Notes under the pieces: generated by a model
The model's database searches: none
What the model was told of the DNA's origin: nothing
What the model saw: only the letters and a program-made list of their open reading frames with translations
Part shown: positions 25,843 to 38,264 of the stretch, piece by piece
How positions within the stretch are numbered: position 1 is the stretch's first letter
Layout: the number at the start of each line of letters is the position of its first letter
Source: Squalus acanthias
Taxonomy: Eukaryota
Direction: 5' to 3'
Assembly (NCBI GenBank): GCA_030390025.1
Contig: CM059432.1
Location: 90,336,001 to 90,400,000 of the forward strand
DNA length: 64,000 nt
Program-made: the position numbers and the translations under genes

Positions 25843-26399
25843 AATTCAAACAGATACAATAGCTGCTAATAATTGCTCTACTAAAATGAGTACTCCATCT
25901 TCCCTGGATTAAAAAAAAAATCAATTAGCTATTTCCCCCCCCCCCGAAATCCTCCACCCCAATGTTTAGAACAGGCAGTGGTCAATAAAAGAAAAACATT
26001 TAGTGCAACACTCTTCCACCTCAATAAAATTAGTCAGTCTGCCGCCACGTAAAACAGAATGGCTGCAAGCCATTCCTGTCATATGTTTAACAAAATCACA
26101 CCCAAATACTGCTGTAACAAAAAATGGTAGACCTGGTAACGCAATTAGTTTACCTTTAATTTACCACAGAACTATCCAGAAATGTAATTTTAAAATTTAG
26201 AGTTTGATATTCAAAATAAAATGAGAACTTTGAACATTACATAGAATCTATGCCTCAAAGGCCCAAGTTGATACTATAACATTATGGAAGTGAGTTTGAC
26301 AGCTACAAGTGCAAAGCTTAGTAAATTCTGGACCAGTTTAGTAACCGAGTAATTTTGTACTGAGCTTTTGGTAGAAAACATTTTGTGAATCATATTAAA

Positions 26400-27180
26400 A
26401 TAAAATATTTAAGTGATTTGAGCTTGGGTTTAGGGAACACTATCAAAATTTGTAGATGACACAAATATAGGGAGCATTGTTAACAATGAAGAGTACTGGA
26501 AGTGACTTCAGGAGGATATAGGTTAATAGATGGGCTTATAGATGTTGGATTAAATTTAATGTGGAGAAATGTGGGATGTTATATTTTGGGAAGAAGAATA
26601 AGGAAATAAAAAATATACCACATAGTAAAACTTTAACAGCAGATAGACTTAGGAGGTTCAACTAAATCTTTAGAAGTAGGAGGACAAGTTGATAAAGCTG
26701 TAAAAACATAAAAAGTGGATTCGAAAGCCTAGGTTTTGTAAAAAGGGGCTTAGAATACAAAACCTACACAAATGATTGAATATGTTGCAGCTAGAATAAT
26801 GTTTAATGTTGGGTGCCTTAAATTACAAAAGATGTCAAGGCTTGGAGAGGGTACAGAAGATGTAGTAAGGTAAATACCAGGGTTGAGAGGCTTTAGTTTT
26901 CCGGATTAACTAGAAATTTTGATGAGGAGACTTAAATCACAAAAAAAAACCCAAAGGGAGCAGCTAGGAGAATTTTTTTTAAATGCAGAGGGTTGCCAGG
27001 ACATGAATTGCTGTGCCAGAAATCATGGTAGATGCAGAATCCATAATAGCTTTTAAAGGGAAGTGGATAAATATTTGAAAAATTATATTTTTAAAAGGAT
27101 ATGGGGAAACATGTTAGCTCTTTGAGGCTCAGGACAGGAACAATGGGCTGAGTAGTCTACTGTGCTGTAAAATGCTCTAA
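26400..27180 (+). mobile_element. Very old CR1 RT/3' fragment
   Basis: Degenerate SKFVDDT, KFNVEKC, LERVQ and FF.MQRV motifs. Confidence 0.65.
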
Positions 27181-27799
27181 AAATTAATAGCCATTTGTCG
27201 CTTGTTCTTTCCATATGAAGCAGATGGGCTAATAGTAGTAAAAGCTTCTCCAACCAGTTTTAATGATTTTCTATCATCACTGCACTGCAGAAAAGGTTAT
27301 TGTCCCATACACAGAAAGTTTAAGACAAGAACAAATTGGAAACACAAATATAGCTGTGATGCAGGACTCAGGATAATGAACAGTCAATTTCAAAAGCAAA
27401 TAAGTTGGGGGACAGGACAGCTAAATATAGAGTATACTGGGTACCGGTTTCAAGAATTTCTATATGCTGCAGATGAAATTCAGACACTTGAGACAAGGGA
27501 TCTCAAGTTAATCAAAACAAATGACTATGCTTCAGTAATACAACAAAGTATTAATAAAACAGTCATTTGGCACTGAAATTATATTAAATTTCATCCATCT
27601 ACTTATGTATTGAGTAGATTAGATATCTAAAACACAAAACGACACGTACTGTAATTACTATTAAAGGAACATTGATGATACAATTTAGTCTTAACAGAGA
27701 GATAGCAAAACACATGGGTGATGGGTAAGTGATTTCTACAGTGAATTATTTAGAAACAGTCTCTGTAGTTCTGCAGCCAAAAATGTATAAATGGTCGAT

Positions 27800-28132
27800 T
27801 TGAATATCTTATTTAGAAAGAATTTGGATTTATCATGTCCTCAGGATGTCTCAAAGGTTCCACAAATGGCAAATAAAATAAATAACTAATTAATTTTTTT
27901 TTTTAAATGGTAGGATTGGTTGAGGGTAGAAATTTGGCCAAGACACTGGGAGCACTCACTAACTGCTCTGCGAATAGTACCATAGAATCTTTCATGTCCA
28001 CCTAAGCAGGCAAATGTGGCCTCAGTTTAACCTCTTATCCAAAAGATAGCATCCCAAACAATTCAGCTGTCCTTCAATAATGCAATGAAATGTCAGCCCA
28101 GATTATGTGTTCAAATCCCAAAGTCGGGGTTT
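27800..28132 (-). mobile_element. Old Deu-domain SINE (SacSINE1-like) at the start of the PEX2 3'UTR
   Basis: Aligns by eye with younger copies at 31246-31542 and 34280-34540 (GGTTGAGGG...AATAGT.CCAT...TCAGCC.AGATTAT.TG.TCAA). Confidence 0.7.
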
Positions 28133-28145
28133 AGGCATATTTGCA

Positions 28146-29054
28146 TCAGATTGACTTGTGAACTTCAGGTGTCAAAGGTGCTAAATTTAGGACTTCACTG
28201 CTGCATTTTGGGCAAGTGAAGTAAGCATCAGACAGATAATTACTCTGAATACAGTAATAACAAAAAACATGTTTACAACCAATTGTATGAGGCATCGTTG
28301 GCCAATCACCACAAAGGGCACATTCTTTACAGTGGATAGCTAGTGTGCCATCATTATCTCGGAGATGACCTACTGGAAGCAACCACGATGAGATAACTGC
28401 TTTCAGTTTTCTTGTATTAATCAGTGGCAGAAGAAACATTAGGAATTCAGCAAAGCCGTGCCATAACAGTTCTCGATTCATGTATTCAAAGCCAACTTGA
28501 CGAAAACCTTGAGCTCGGGAGAAAACTGCTCTGATTCCCAGGAGTCGTTCTGGAAATGTGGCAAACCTACCCTTCTGAAGAAAGATGAGAAAATTCAGTA
28601 GTCCGGCCACTTTCAAAAGTCCCACTATAAAAGTAATGAAATATTTCATCTTGTGAATAGTTGACTCTGGAGAACGATTACTGAATAAATCATGGGCTCT
28701 CTCTTGCAGCCATTTCCCCCCAATGGTGCATAACGCATACCATAACTTCTGATGTTTACTCATTGGCTGGTACTTTTGTCCCTGAGATAAGTCATTTTTA
28801 TATCTGATGTTCAGAAGTGTCTGGCCAACTGTTGCATTTTGTGAATAGACTGTAAATCTCCATAACAAAAGTTGCAGAAAGGCTTTCAGTTCTGGTTCAA
28901 AGTGTGTTAACAAGCCAGGTTTGAAACATTGAAAACATTGGGCAAACTGGGACCACACGAGCTGTTCCAACGCTCTGTCCAGTTCAAAAGCATCCAGCTG
29001 GCTTATCCTTAGTACTGGAGTTGGGGTATTTAAGCTGTCTTCTTTGGAATCCAT
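28146..29054 (-). CDS. PEX2: Peroxisome biogenesis factor 2 (peroxin-2, RING E3 ligase), 302 aa, single coding exon
   Basis: [13 protein letters not shown]...FEPELKA Pex2/Pex12 domain, [18 protein letters not shown], and C-terminal RING CALC...CKHVFCYYC...CPKC. Acceptor tttttttctctAG puts the exon start at 29071, 17 nt before the ATG at 29054. Confidence 0.97.
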   Translation of the reverse strand: MDSKEDSLNTPTPVLRISQLDAFELDRALEQLVWSQFAQCFQCFKPGLLTHFEPELKAFLQLLLWRFTVYSQNATVGQTLLNIRYKNDLSQGQKYQPMSKHQKLWYALCTIGGKWLQERAHDLFSNRSPESTIHKMKYFITFIVGLLKVAGLLNFLIFLQKGRFATFPERLLGIRAVFSRAQGFRQVGFEYMNRELLWHGFAEFLMFLLPLINTRKLKAVISSWLLPVGHLRDNDGTLAIHCKECALCGDWPTMPHTIGCKHVFCYYCIQSNYLSDAYFTCPKCSSEVLNLAPLTPEVHKSI

Positions 29055-29859
29055 GTTGTTACCAATGGCATCTAGAGAAAAAAAACAAACACCAAAGAAT
29101 TCAGTCTTTAATCTCATCTATTATTTGAAACAGAAATTTGTATATCCTGAGTCATAGACCTACATTTTTTTTAATACAAAAATACTATACAATCCCAGAA
29201 GTTTCAGCAAATCTTACATTCCCAATGTACTTTCTGCTCTCTCCAATCCTGAAGGTAACAGCTCATGCATATGGTTCCAAGGTACTACCAGTCCTCCAGT
29301 ATGTTTTTCAGTTAACCATTTTCATGTGTACGCATGGGCAATGAGCAGACTATTCAAACACAAGGGTCTGAGAGGGTAGTAGGAAAATGGAGGACCAGCC
29401 AAGACTGATCTTGCCGTCACCAGACATTCATATACTTTCTAGTTGAGGTCAATAGATAGCAATCGAGAGTTAGCAACTCTGATTTTTTCCCCTCTTGCCT
29501 ACGCCAGAATGCTGAGGCCAACTGTAGCATAACCACTGCCACTTCCTTTTAAAAAATAAAATAAAAACCTTTAATGCTCTTTTTAAAAGAATAGCAACTA
29601 AAAATGCCTATATTGCGTGTCCATTTTATTTGTGACACTAAAGAACATTTTAAAGATTCTCTGCACTACAGTAGCTGTTAAATCCTACTTAAATATACAA
29701 AACTTCCAAAAACTATGTTTAGTTGTAATATTATAGTAAAAGTCTTGTACAAACAACATTCCACAGGAGAAAGCACTAAATAAAAGGCAACTTAACCATC
29801 TGGGAAAGATCTTGCAACTTATGATCAACATTGTTATGGACTTGTTAAGTCATCACATA

Positions 29860-31542
29860 AATGAAAGAAAGACTGACTTGCATTTATATAGAGCCTTACG
29901 CGACCACCGGATGTACCAAAGCGCTTTACAGCCAATTTTTGCAGTGTAGTCACTGTTGTAATGTAGGAAACAGGCAGCCAATTTGCACACAGCAAACTCC
30001 CACAAACAGCACTCGACTCCAGACCTCATTACAGCCTTGGTCCAAACATGGACAAAAGAGCTGAATTCCAGAGGTGAGGCGAGAGTGACTGCCTTGACAT
30101 CAAGGCAGCATTTAACCGAGTATGGCATCAAGGAGCCCTAGTAAAATTGAAGTCAATGGGAACCAGGGGGAAAACTATCTACTGGCTGGAGTCATACTCA
30201 GCACAAAGGAAGATAGTTGTGGTTGTTGAAGGTCAATCATCTCAGCCTCAGGACATTGCTGCAGGAGTTCCTCAGAGCAGTGTTCTAGGCCCAACCATCT
30301 TCAGCTGCTTCATCAATGACCTTCCCTCCATCATAAGGTCAGAAGCGGGGGTGTTCGCTGATGATTGCACAATGTTCAGTTCCATTCACAACTCCTCAGA
30401 TAATGAAGCAGTCCATGCCCGCATGCAGCAAGACCTGGACGACATTCAAGCTTGGGCTGATAAGTGGCAAGTAACATCCGTGCCACACAAGTGCCAGGCA
30501 ATGACTATCTCCAACAAGCGAGAGTCTAACCACCGTCCCTTGACATTCAATGGCTTTACCATCAGCGAATTCCCCACCATCAATATCCTGGGGGTCACCA
30601 TTGACCAGAAACTTAACTGGACCAGCCACAAAAATACTGTGGCAATAAGAGCAGGTCAGAGGCTGGGTCTTCTGCGGCGAGTGTCTCACCTCCTGACACC
30701 TCAAAGCCTTTCCACTATCTACAAGGCACAAGGCAGGAGTGTGGTGGAATACTCTCCACTTGCCTGGATGAGTGAAGCTCCAACAACACTCAAGAAGCTC
30801 GACACCATCCAGGACAAAGGACCTCGCTTGATTGGCACCCCATCCACCACCTTAAACATTCACTCCCTCCACCACTGGTGCAACGTGGCTGCAGTGTGCA
30901 TCATCTACAAGATGCACTGCAGCAACTCGCCAAGGCTTCTTTGACAGCACCTCCCGATCCTGCGACCTCTACCACCTAGAAGGACAAGGGCAGCAGGCGC
31001 TTGGGAACACCATCGTCTCCAAGTTACACACCATCCTGACTTGGAAATATATCGCCATTCCTTCATCGTCGCTGGGTCAAAATCCTGGAACTCCCTCCCT
31101 AACAGCATTGTGGGAGTACCTTCACCGCACGGACTGCAGAGGTTCAAGAAGGCAGCTGACCACCACCTTCTCAAGGGCAATTAGGGATGGGCAGTAAATG
31201 CTGGCCTTGCCAGCGACGCCCACATCCCAGGAACGAATTTAAAAAATGTGATAATGACCTGATAATCTGTTTTTCAGTGATGTTGATTGAGGGATAAATA
31301 TTGGCCTGGACACCGGTGATAACATCCCTGCTCTTTTTTGAAATAGTGCCATGGGATCTTTTACACCCACCTGAGAAAGCCGACAGGGCCTTGGTTTAAC
31401 GTCTCATCCGAAAGACGACACCTCCGACAGTGCATCACTCCCTCAGTACTGCATTGGAGTGCTCAAGTCTCTGGCGTGGGACTCGAATCCACAACCTTCT
31501 GACTCAGGGGCAAGGGTGCTACCAACTGTGCCGTGGCTGACA
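29860..31542 (-). mobile_element. Deu-domain tRNA SINE (SacSINE1-like) split by a LINE
   Basis: 3' part 29860-30011 and 5' part 31246-31542 rejoin as CACAAACAGCA|ATGTGATAATGACC; tRNA-like head at ~31470-31542. Confidence 0.85.
30012..31245 (+). mobile_element. LINE family B, 5'-truncated, inserted in the SINE
   Basis: ORF 30147..30944 (PQSSVLGP, VFADD); family B 3' stem-loop at ~31183-31228. Confidence 0.9.
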
Positions 31543-32689
31543 CAAATGAGATAAACTGGTCTAAAAAATGATTATGTACAATTTTTTGTTTAAAAAAATT
31601 TTTTTTTTGGATTAAGATAAGCAGCCAGTTTAGATGGGAAGATGACAGCAAATTGCTAATTCACATTGTGCCATGTGTGGATTCAAAATACGATTTAGAG
31701 CTCCAGTTGCATTAGAAATGATTACATCTCTTTATGGGAAAGTAACTTAGAAATAATTGGATCAGTGTAATTCTGCTCATTGATAATGCAACTATTTTAT
31801 ATTAAAAAAGGTCAAAACACACTGTTGTAAGTTGTTGTCAAACTGCAAAATGCCCAAACTAGCATGACATATATCTAAAAGACAACAGAATATATATAAT
31901 GAAAGCTCACGTGAAATTTAAAATCACCCAAATAAGCTACGGTGTTACTACAGCTGTACATCGATACCTGTGGATTTATGGCAGAACATAACAATTTGGT
32001 CAAGGGAGGCAAGGTCAAATTTAAATGGAGTATGATTGGCGCTAAAGAAAATGCAATCAAGGTTAGAGCAAGAAAGTACTGAAAATCTCTGATCAAACCC
32101 TGGGGAAAATGATTTGGGATATTTAAAGCCATTTTAAACAACTGATAATTGAAGATGAGTCATAGCATAATTAAAATAAAAATATTTGATTAATATCTAG
32201 ATTTTATTTATCATGGTACATTTATATAAAATTGAAGACAATAAAGATTATGCTGCACTGAAAATTACTGTACATAAATGCCATGCACTGTTGTACAGAA
32301 ATATTTATTTCAGTAGGAGTCAGATACCAATAACATTGTATCTGATTCCCACTGAAGTAAATCCTGGTGATACAGTAATTTAGATACTTAATTTAAGACA
32401 TTTTCTTTACTACATGTTCTTGATACAAATGTGTTAAAGGAATATTCTTGGGAAACCATGTACCATAGGATGCAATTGTAGATCAACATAATTTATACCA
32501 TAATAACACAAAGACATTATATTATTAATGTTTGCCTATGTGACAACAGTAATTGCACTTTAAAAGTAATTAATTGAAGGGCTTTGGTATTTATTAAAGA
32601 TGTTATAAGGTGTTTTATAAAAGCAAGTTCTTTCTTTCGTTCATATATCTTACGTAGGACCTTCAACAAGATATCTTCTAACTGTGTGG

Positions 32690-34280
32690 AAATCCTGTAT
32701 TTAACAATAATTTGCCTTTATATGGTGCCTTTAACAAAGAAAACATCACAAAATGTTTCACAGAGGCATAACCAAAAAGATGCATGTCAAAGGAGATATT
32801 AGGAGGGGTGACCAAAAGCTTGGCTAAAGGGATGGGTTTTAAGGAGGGTCTTAAAGGATGTGATGGAGGTGGAGAGACGGAAGGGTTTAGGGAAGGCATT
32901 CCAGAGTGAGGCCCAGGCGGCTGAAGGCATGGCTGCCATTGCTGGGTCAAGGGGAGGGGTGATGCACAAGAGTCCAGAGTCGAAGGAATGGGTTGGGGGG
33001 TGGGGGGGGGTAGGGAAATGTACTGTTGGATATAGGTAACAGCAAGGTCACAAATGGATTTAAAGTTGAGGATGAGAATTTTAAATCTGTGGTACTGGGG
33101 GAGACTGGGAGCCAATGTAGATAAGTGAGGACAGGGGTGATGGGTGAGCGGACTTGGGATAGTACAAGTGTAGCAGAGTTTTGCACGAGCTGAGGTTTAC
33201 AGAGGGTTGATGATAGGAGGCCAGCCAAGAAAACATTGGAATCGTAAAGAAGATAAATGTAGGGGGTGAAGGTGAGCAATGTTACGGAGGTAGAAGTAGG
33301 CGGCCTTTGTGATGGAGGGTATATGGGATTGAAAGTTTAGCTTGGGATTGAATAAGACACCAAGGCTGCGAACATTCTGGGGGGAATTTTTACCTTAAAA
33401 TCGGGTCGGTTGGGGGCGTGGGGTAGTTAAAGTGTTAAAAATTTGAATCCCGACCTGAACCTGCCTATATCCGGTTTTAACGGAGGTGGGGTGGAGTGGC
33501 GGGCAGCCAATCCACTGCCAGGAGGCGGGTCATCTATTTAAATATTCTAATGAGGCTGGAAGCCTCTGCTTTAACGTCCATTTTGTATTTAACTTTAGCT
33601 GGTCGAGTTTTGCATGTCTCATGAAACCTACCAGTTAATGCAAGGCAAGGACTGCTAGATCCGGGAGATAAGTGCCTTTACACTTACCTCCTGGATCCAG
33701 CGTCCCTACCTAACCCACCCCGCGCAATTGAAGACCCTCCCCCCGCCCTCCAACGAGGCCTCTGATCTCCACCCCAGGCCTACTATCCCCCTCCAAAGCC
33801 TCCGATCCCCTGCCCCCAGGCCTCTGATCATCCCCCCGCCCCCTTGCTCCTCCGGCCCCTCCCTGTGCTCGTCCTGGTCCGTAATCACTTCTAAACCCCC
33901 TCCCGCCACTCCCCGCCATGTCGCGACCCCCCCCCCGCTCATATGGCCGCTCCCTGGCCCGCGATCAATGTTCAGACCCTCCCCCACTCCTCTGGCCGCT
34001 CTCCGGCCCCCATGCGATCCCTCCCTCCCTCCTCTGTGCAGCCTAGTGCCGCAGGCCTACCCGCCCAGAGCCAGCCAGCCTCATCAATCTGGCTGCGGGT
34101 AGGAAACAGAGGCTTCCCATTCAAATCAGGCCCTGCCGTTAAATTTGGCAGGGCCTGCGGGAACCCGTTCTCCCGAGTTTCCTGACCGCCTCGGAGCCCC
34201 CCCCCCCCCCCCCCCACCTTCCCCATTAAAATTTAGCCCTCTGATTCAGCCTGAGGCACTGGCTGGGGGAGGGGAATGGA
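32690..34280 (-). mobile_element. L2 LINE 3' fragment interrupted by a MITE
   Basis: LAGL.SSTL..QLVQNSA...ITPVL..LHWLPV; RFKILIL..K; rejoins across 33379-34239. Confidence 0.75.
33379..34239. mobile_element. Harbinger-like MITE (861 bp)
   Basis: Ends GGGGGGAATTTT / AAAATTTAGCCC; 3-bp TSD TCT (33376-33378 and 34240-34242); removing it restores the L2 sequence. Confidence 0.8.
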
Positions 34281-34540
34281 ATCGGTTGAGGGATAAATGT
34301 TAGCCAGGACACTGGAAGAACTCCCCTGCTCTTATTCAAATAGTGCCACGATATCATTTATGCCCATCCGAGAGGTCAGACGGGACGTCAATTTAATGTC
34401 TTACCTGAAAGAAGGCACCTCTGATAGTGCAGCAGTGCCTTTACCGCACTGAACGTCAGCCTAGATTATATGCTCAAGTCTCTGGAGTAGGACCTTCTGA
34501 CTCAGAGGTAAGAGTGCTACCACTGAGCCAACACTGACAC
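34280..34540 (-). mobile_element. Deu-domain SINE, 5' half
   Basis: Collinear with 31280-31542, including the tRNA-like head. Confidence 0.8.
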
Positions 34541-35029
34541 CCAAACAGGGACCAAAGGGGACACCTCTGGTCCCTATCCAGTGGTACTCACACCTCCGCA
34601 TCTGCAAAGTTAGGCAGGGTTACTTTACCATGAAAGGTTTAACTTTCCTCATGAAGAAACGACTGAGTTGTGCCAGCTATGAAAAAGATGTGGGCATAGT
34701 TCGTAAGAAAGACTTCCAGCTTGTTAGGAAAGGGTTAATGAGACTATCCTGAAGTCTAACAATGTTCAGAAATTCCAACAGTGACAAAAACATCACTCTG
34801 ACAACAAATATGCCTACTATCCTACTATTTAAGATCACTAGCTCTCTATTTGGTGCCTAGTCTTGTAGGTTCTTTCAATTCTAGCCTCACACTTCTCCTA
34901 TAGCGGCAAGAGATTCTGAGGTGGCAGTCTGAGCTGATATTTCCAATCCTTTGGTTGTGGACCATTTCCCCTTTAAGAAACAGTGAAGAGAGCAAAGGCA
35001 TTTGCATGCTGTCATATGGAATACGAACT

Positions 35030-35453
35030 ATGTTCCAGAAGGGTGAAAATAGGTACCATCAAGGAAATACCAATCACGCGAGTCTTCCACTGCTTCCCTA
35101 CCTGTGATTAAAGAAACACTTGTAGGAGAAGGGAGGGTGTGTGAAAGGTACTGTGGTACTCCTCCGGTACTCCTCCACATACACGGTAAACTGCAGATGG
35201 TGTGAGAGCAAGGTGCCTGCAACAGGGAAACATACTTTTTAAGGTGTACTGCTGCAAGGTACAACTGCCTCCTGCTACTCTGACGGCCCGGGAGAGGTCA
35301 TTGAATTTCTTCTGGCACTGGTTGCAGGAGGTGGCACTAATTGCCTTCCATGGATCTGTATCACACCCTTAGTGGGCCACTTGCACTCGGCAGAAGTGTA
35401 GTTGCAGTGCTATTTTGGAGCTAAATCAGTCACTGAAAAAATTCTAACCCCCA
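35030..35453 (-). pseudogene. Harbinger Myb/SANT-like partner gene remnant in the probable PEX2 intron
   Basis: WKAISATSCNQCQKKFNDLSRAVR, a 62-nt GT..AG intron (35278-35217), then ...WRSTGGVP...LITGREAVED. Matches the QC.KK.NDL / R.TGGG signature; TIR-like end near 35453. Confidence 0.6.
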
Positions 35454-36699
35454 AATATTTGAATAATTTTTCATCAACAATTTAGTTCATTTAAAAAAAA
35501 AGAATGCATTTAGCCAACTTTGAAACAGATTTGAGGGTTTGTCTGCACAAAACAGAATGCTAATGTCAAATACTATTATTATAGGACTTTATGCTATTCG
35601 TGTTTATATATTTGTTTGTTATACTAACCACAATCTCTGTTTTTTAAATATAATTTACAACCAATATAAATTCTAATAACATATCACTGTGGGAATAGGA
35701 ACTTCCCTTGATTTTTTTTCTTCAATGCAGTTATTGAGCAGTTTACAAATTATGAATTAATACATTTTATTTGGGAACATATTATTGACAGAAACCTATC
35801 AATAGTAATGTGGCTATTGTCAGGAGCTTGTCAATATTAATGTAGTTATGATTTAGAGATCACACAGATGTAAGGCAGGCAGAAAGACGTCTCCCACAGG
35901 CTTCTATCAATAGCTACATTTCTATTGACAACCTCCCAAGACGTACCAGGAGATGTATTACCATCACAGTCTTCTGTCAATAGCTTTTCCCTTTAAAAAA
36001 TTGGTGTCTAAATGTTCAAAGCTTCAAGCTTATGGAAAAGCTAGTTTCCTATAAGCAATTTTTACGCCTACTACAGTCCACAAACACTACCAATAACTTC
36101 AACTGCTTTAAGTAGGGACAATAAGCACTCTATTAGGTTATTGATAGTAATAAGCCAGGGATTAGATTGATTCAGAACTGTGTTAAAGGAACTATCCTGC
36201 CTAGGTATTGCCATTGTACTGTTCACGACGTAAGACAAAAGTGTTAACCGTTGATTTTTTTTTGCAAATCAGTTTCTTCTTGCTTGGAAGGAGGGAAAGA
36301 AACAAGAAAGGTGCTTCCTTGACACCTTGAAAGTACAGCAACTTGAAGTATTACAAATATTGCTGTACTATATATAGACAAAAGAATCTTGGGAGTTGTA
36401 AGCTATTTGCCAAGTCCAGATTTCGGCAGCAGACAGATTAGGGTGGTGCAGAGGTTGCAATCATCATTTAAATTTTGGAGTTTTGCTTTGATGTTAACAG
36501 GCTTGTTGGCCGGTTTACATTTTATTCGTTCTTGCTCCTCCCTAGTTGCCCTGAGGGCATTAAGAGTCAACCTGGAGTCAAGTGTCGGTCAGAACAGGCA
36601 CGGCTGGCAGGTTCTCTTTCTTGAAAGACATTAGATAGAATTGCATCATGAAATCAGGCCATTCAGCCCAACCAGTTTGTGTTGGTGTTCATCTATACA

Positions 36700-37205
36700 C
36701 AAGCACTATGGGAGTACCTTCACCACACGGACTGCAGCGGTTCACCATCACCTTCTCAAGAGCAATTAGGGATGGGCAATAAATGCTGGCCTTGCCGGCG
36801 ATGCCCACATCCCATGAACGAATAAAAAAGAGAGAGAAGTAGAGAGAATAAAAAAAAGCATTAGTCCAAATCCCATATGGCCGCCCTCTTCCTTTATTTC
36901 CATTTCCTTCAAAACACTGAACCAATCTATTCTTAAATACTGATATAAAGTAAGAAAGTCTTGCATTTATATACCGCCTTTCACGACCTCAGGCCGTCCC
37001 AAAGCACTTTACAGCCAATTAAGTACTTTTAAAGTGTAGTCACTGCTGTAATGTAGGAAACACAGCAGCCAATTTGCGCACAGCAAGCTCCCACAAACAG
37101 CAGGAAAGTGGAGTTGAGGTCGGAGATCAGCCATGATCTTATTGAATGGCGGAACAAGTTCGAAACGCCGTATAGCCTACTCCTGCTCCCAATTCTTATG
37201 TTCTT
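36700..37205. mobile_element. Cluster of 3' ends: LINE family B (+, ~36703-36830), Deu-SINE (-, ~36950-37100), CR1 (+, ~37100-37205)
   Basis: Each matches the corresponding tail elsewhere in the window. Confidence 0.75.
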
Positions 37206-38264
37206 ATTCTAATTTACTTTTTATAAATTTTACAGAGAGCAAAATAAAGATTGGGATATACGCATATGATTAAGGTAGAAGCTGAAATATCATAAACAAA
37301 CTTAAAAAAAAATTATATTAAAAACTTGTAATTCTTAATCATATTAATAGAAACATTTGACATTCCACAAATAAAAAATTAGTTTTTCAGGGTCAGAATG
37401 GTGGTTCAGCAGTTAGTACGTCGTTAAAAACCCAGTTACACCTCTTTCAACAAGGCTTAACGTTTTAGGGTTTTTTTAACAACGATATTCCATCGTAAAA
37501 GGGGAAGTTTTCGTCAGTTCAAGTGATTTCAACTGATTGCTGGCGTTGGGGAGTTCCACAGCGCAACCTGTGGTGGAGCAATGAATGACTGACAGCAACT
37601 TCTGGATTTCCGTGTTTAGTTGCGCATGCGCTAAATCCTGAAGTTACGGTCAGTTTCAGAGGGGTAATGACGGCGAACGCTGACAGTTTCGTCGTCATTA
37701 CCACCGCAACATCTGGGCCAATATGTTTCTGTATCTGAACCCTAGAAATGGAGTAAAGATGGAAGCCCTAATCAGGAATCCAGTCACCTTTTGTTAAGTT
37801 TATACACAAAAAATTTGGGAAAAAATGTTTGACAAGTTTTTTTTTTACACAGACAGATATTTGAGTATCCATCAAAGGTCTGGTAACCTTCAGCATTCCT
37901 TTAATATGGTTACATTTTTCTAGAATTCTGAAGATTACTATCACACAAATGACATTTACAACCCATTCAGGCTTGAACAACATACCAGGCACACATTTAA
38001 AAATATTACAACAGTAACCAAAATGCCAGTTTGTTCACAGTAGCTTCCTCTTCTTGTATCTCCACGCCCCCTCCCTCCCCTCCACCCCACCATCTGTTCT
38101 CAGTCTTATGATAATATATCAATCGCTGGCTTCAATATCTTATTTATCTTCCTTATATGGGAGAAAGAAAAAAGTGGCTCAACTCTGCTCAGTGCCTCAC
38201 GCAGACAGTCCAGCTGAGATCAGGAACCCATTATTGACAATCATAGGCAGTAACTTAGTAGTAT

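Noticed and set aside
29055..29117. 21-aa N-terminal extension of PEX2 in the ORF track ([15 protein letters not shown]...)
   Set aside because: It runs through the polypyrimidine tract and AG acceptor, so it is intron plus 5'UTR; homology starts at MDSKED.
31470..31542. tRNA gene (also ~34470-34540 and ~55500-55567)
   Set aside because: These are tRNA-derived SINE heads continuous with SINE bodies; no full cloverleaf seen.
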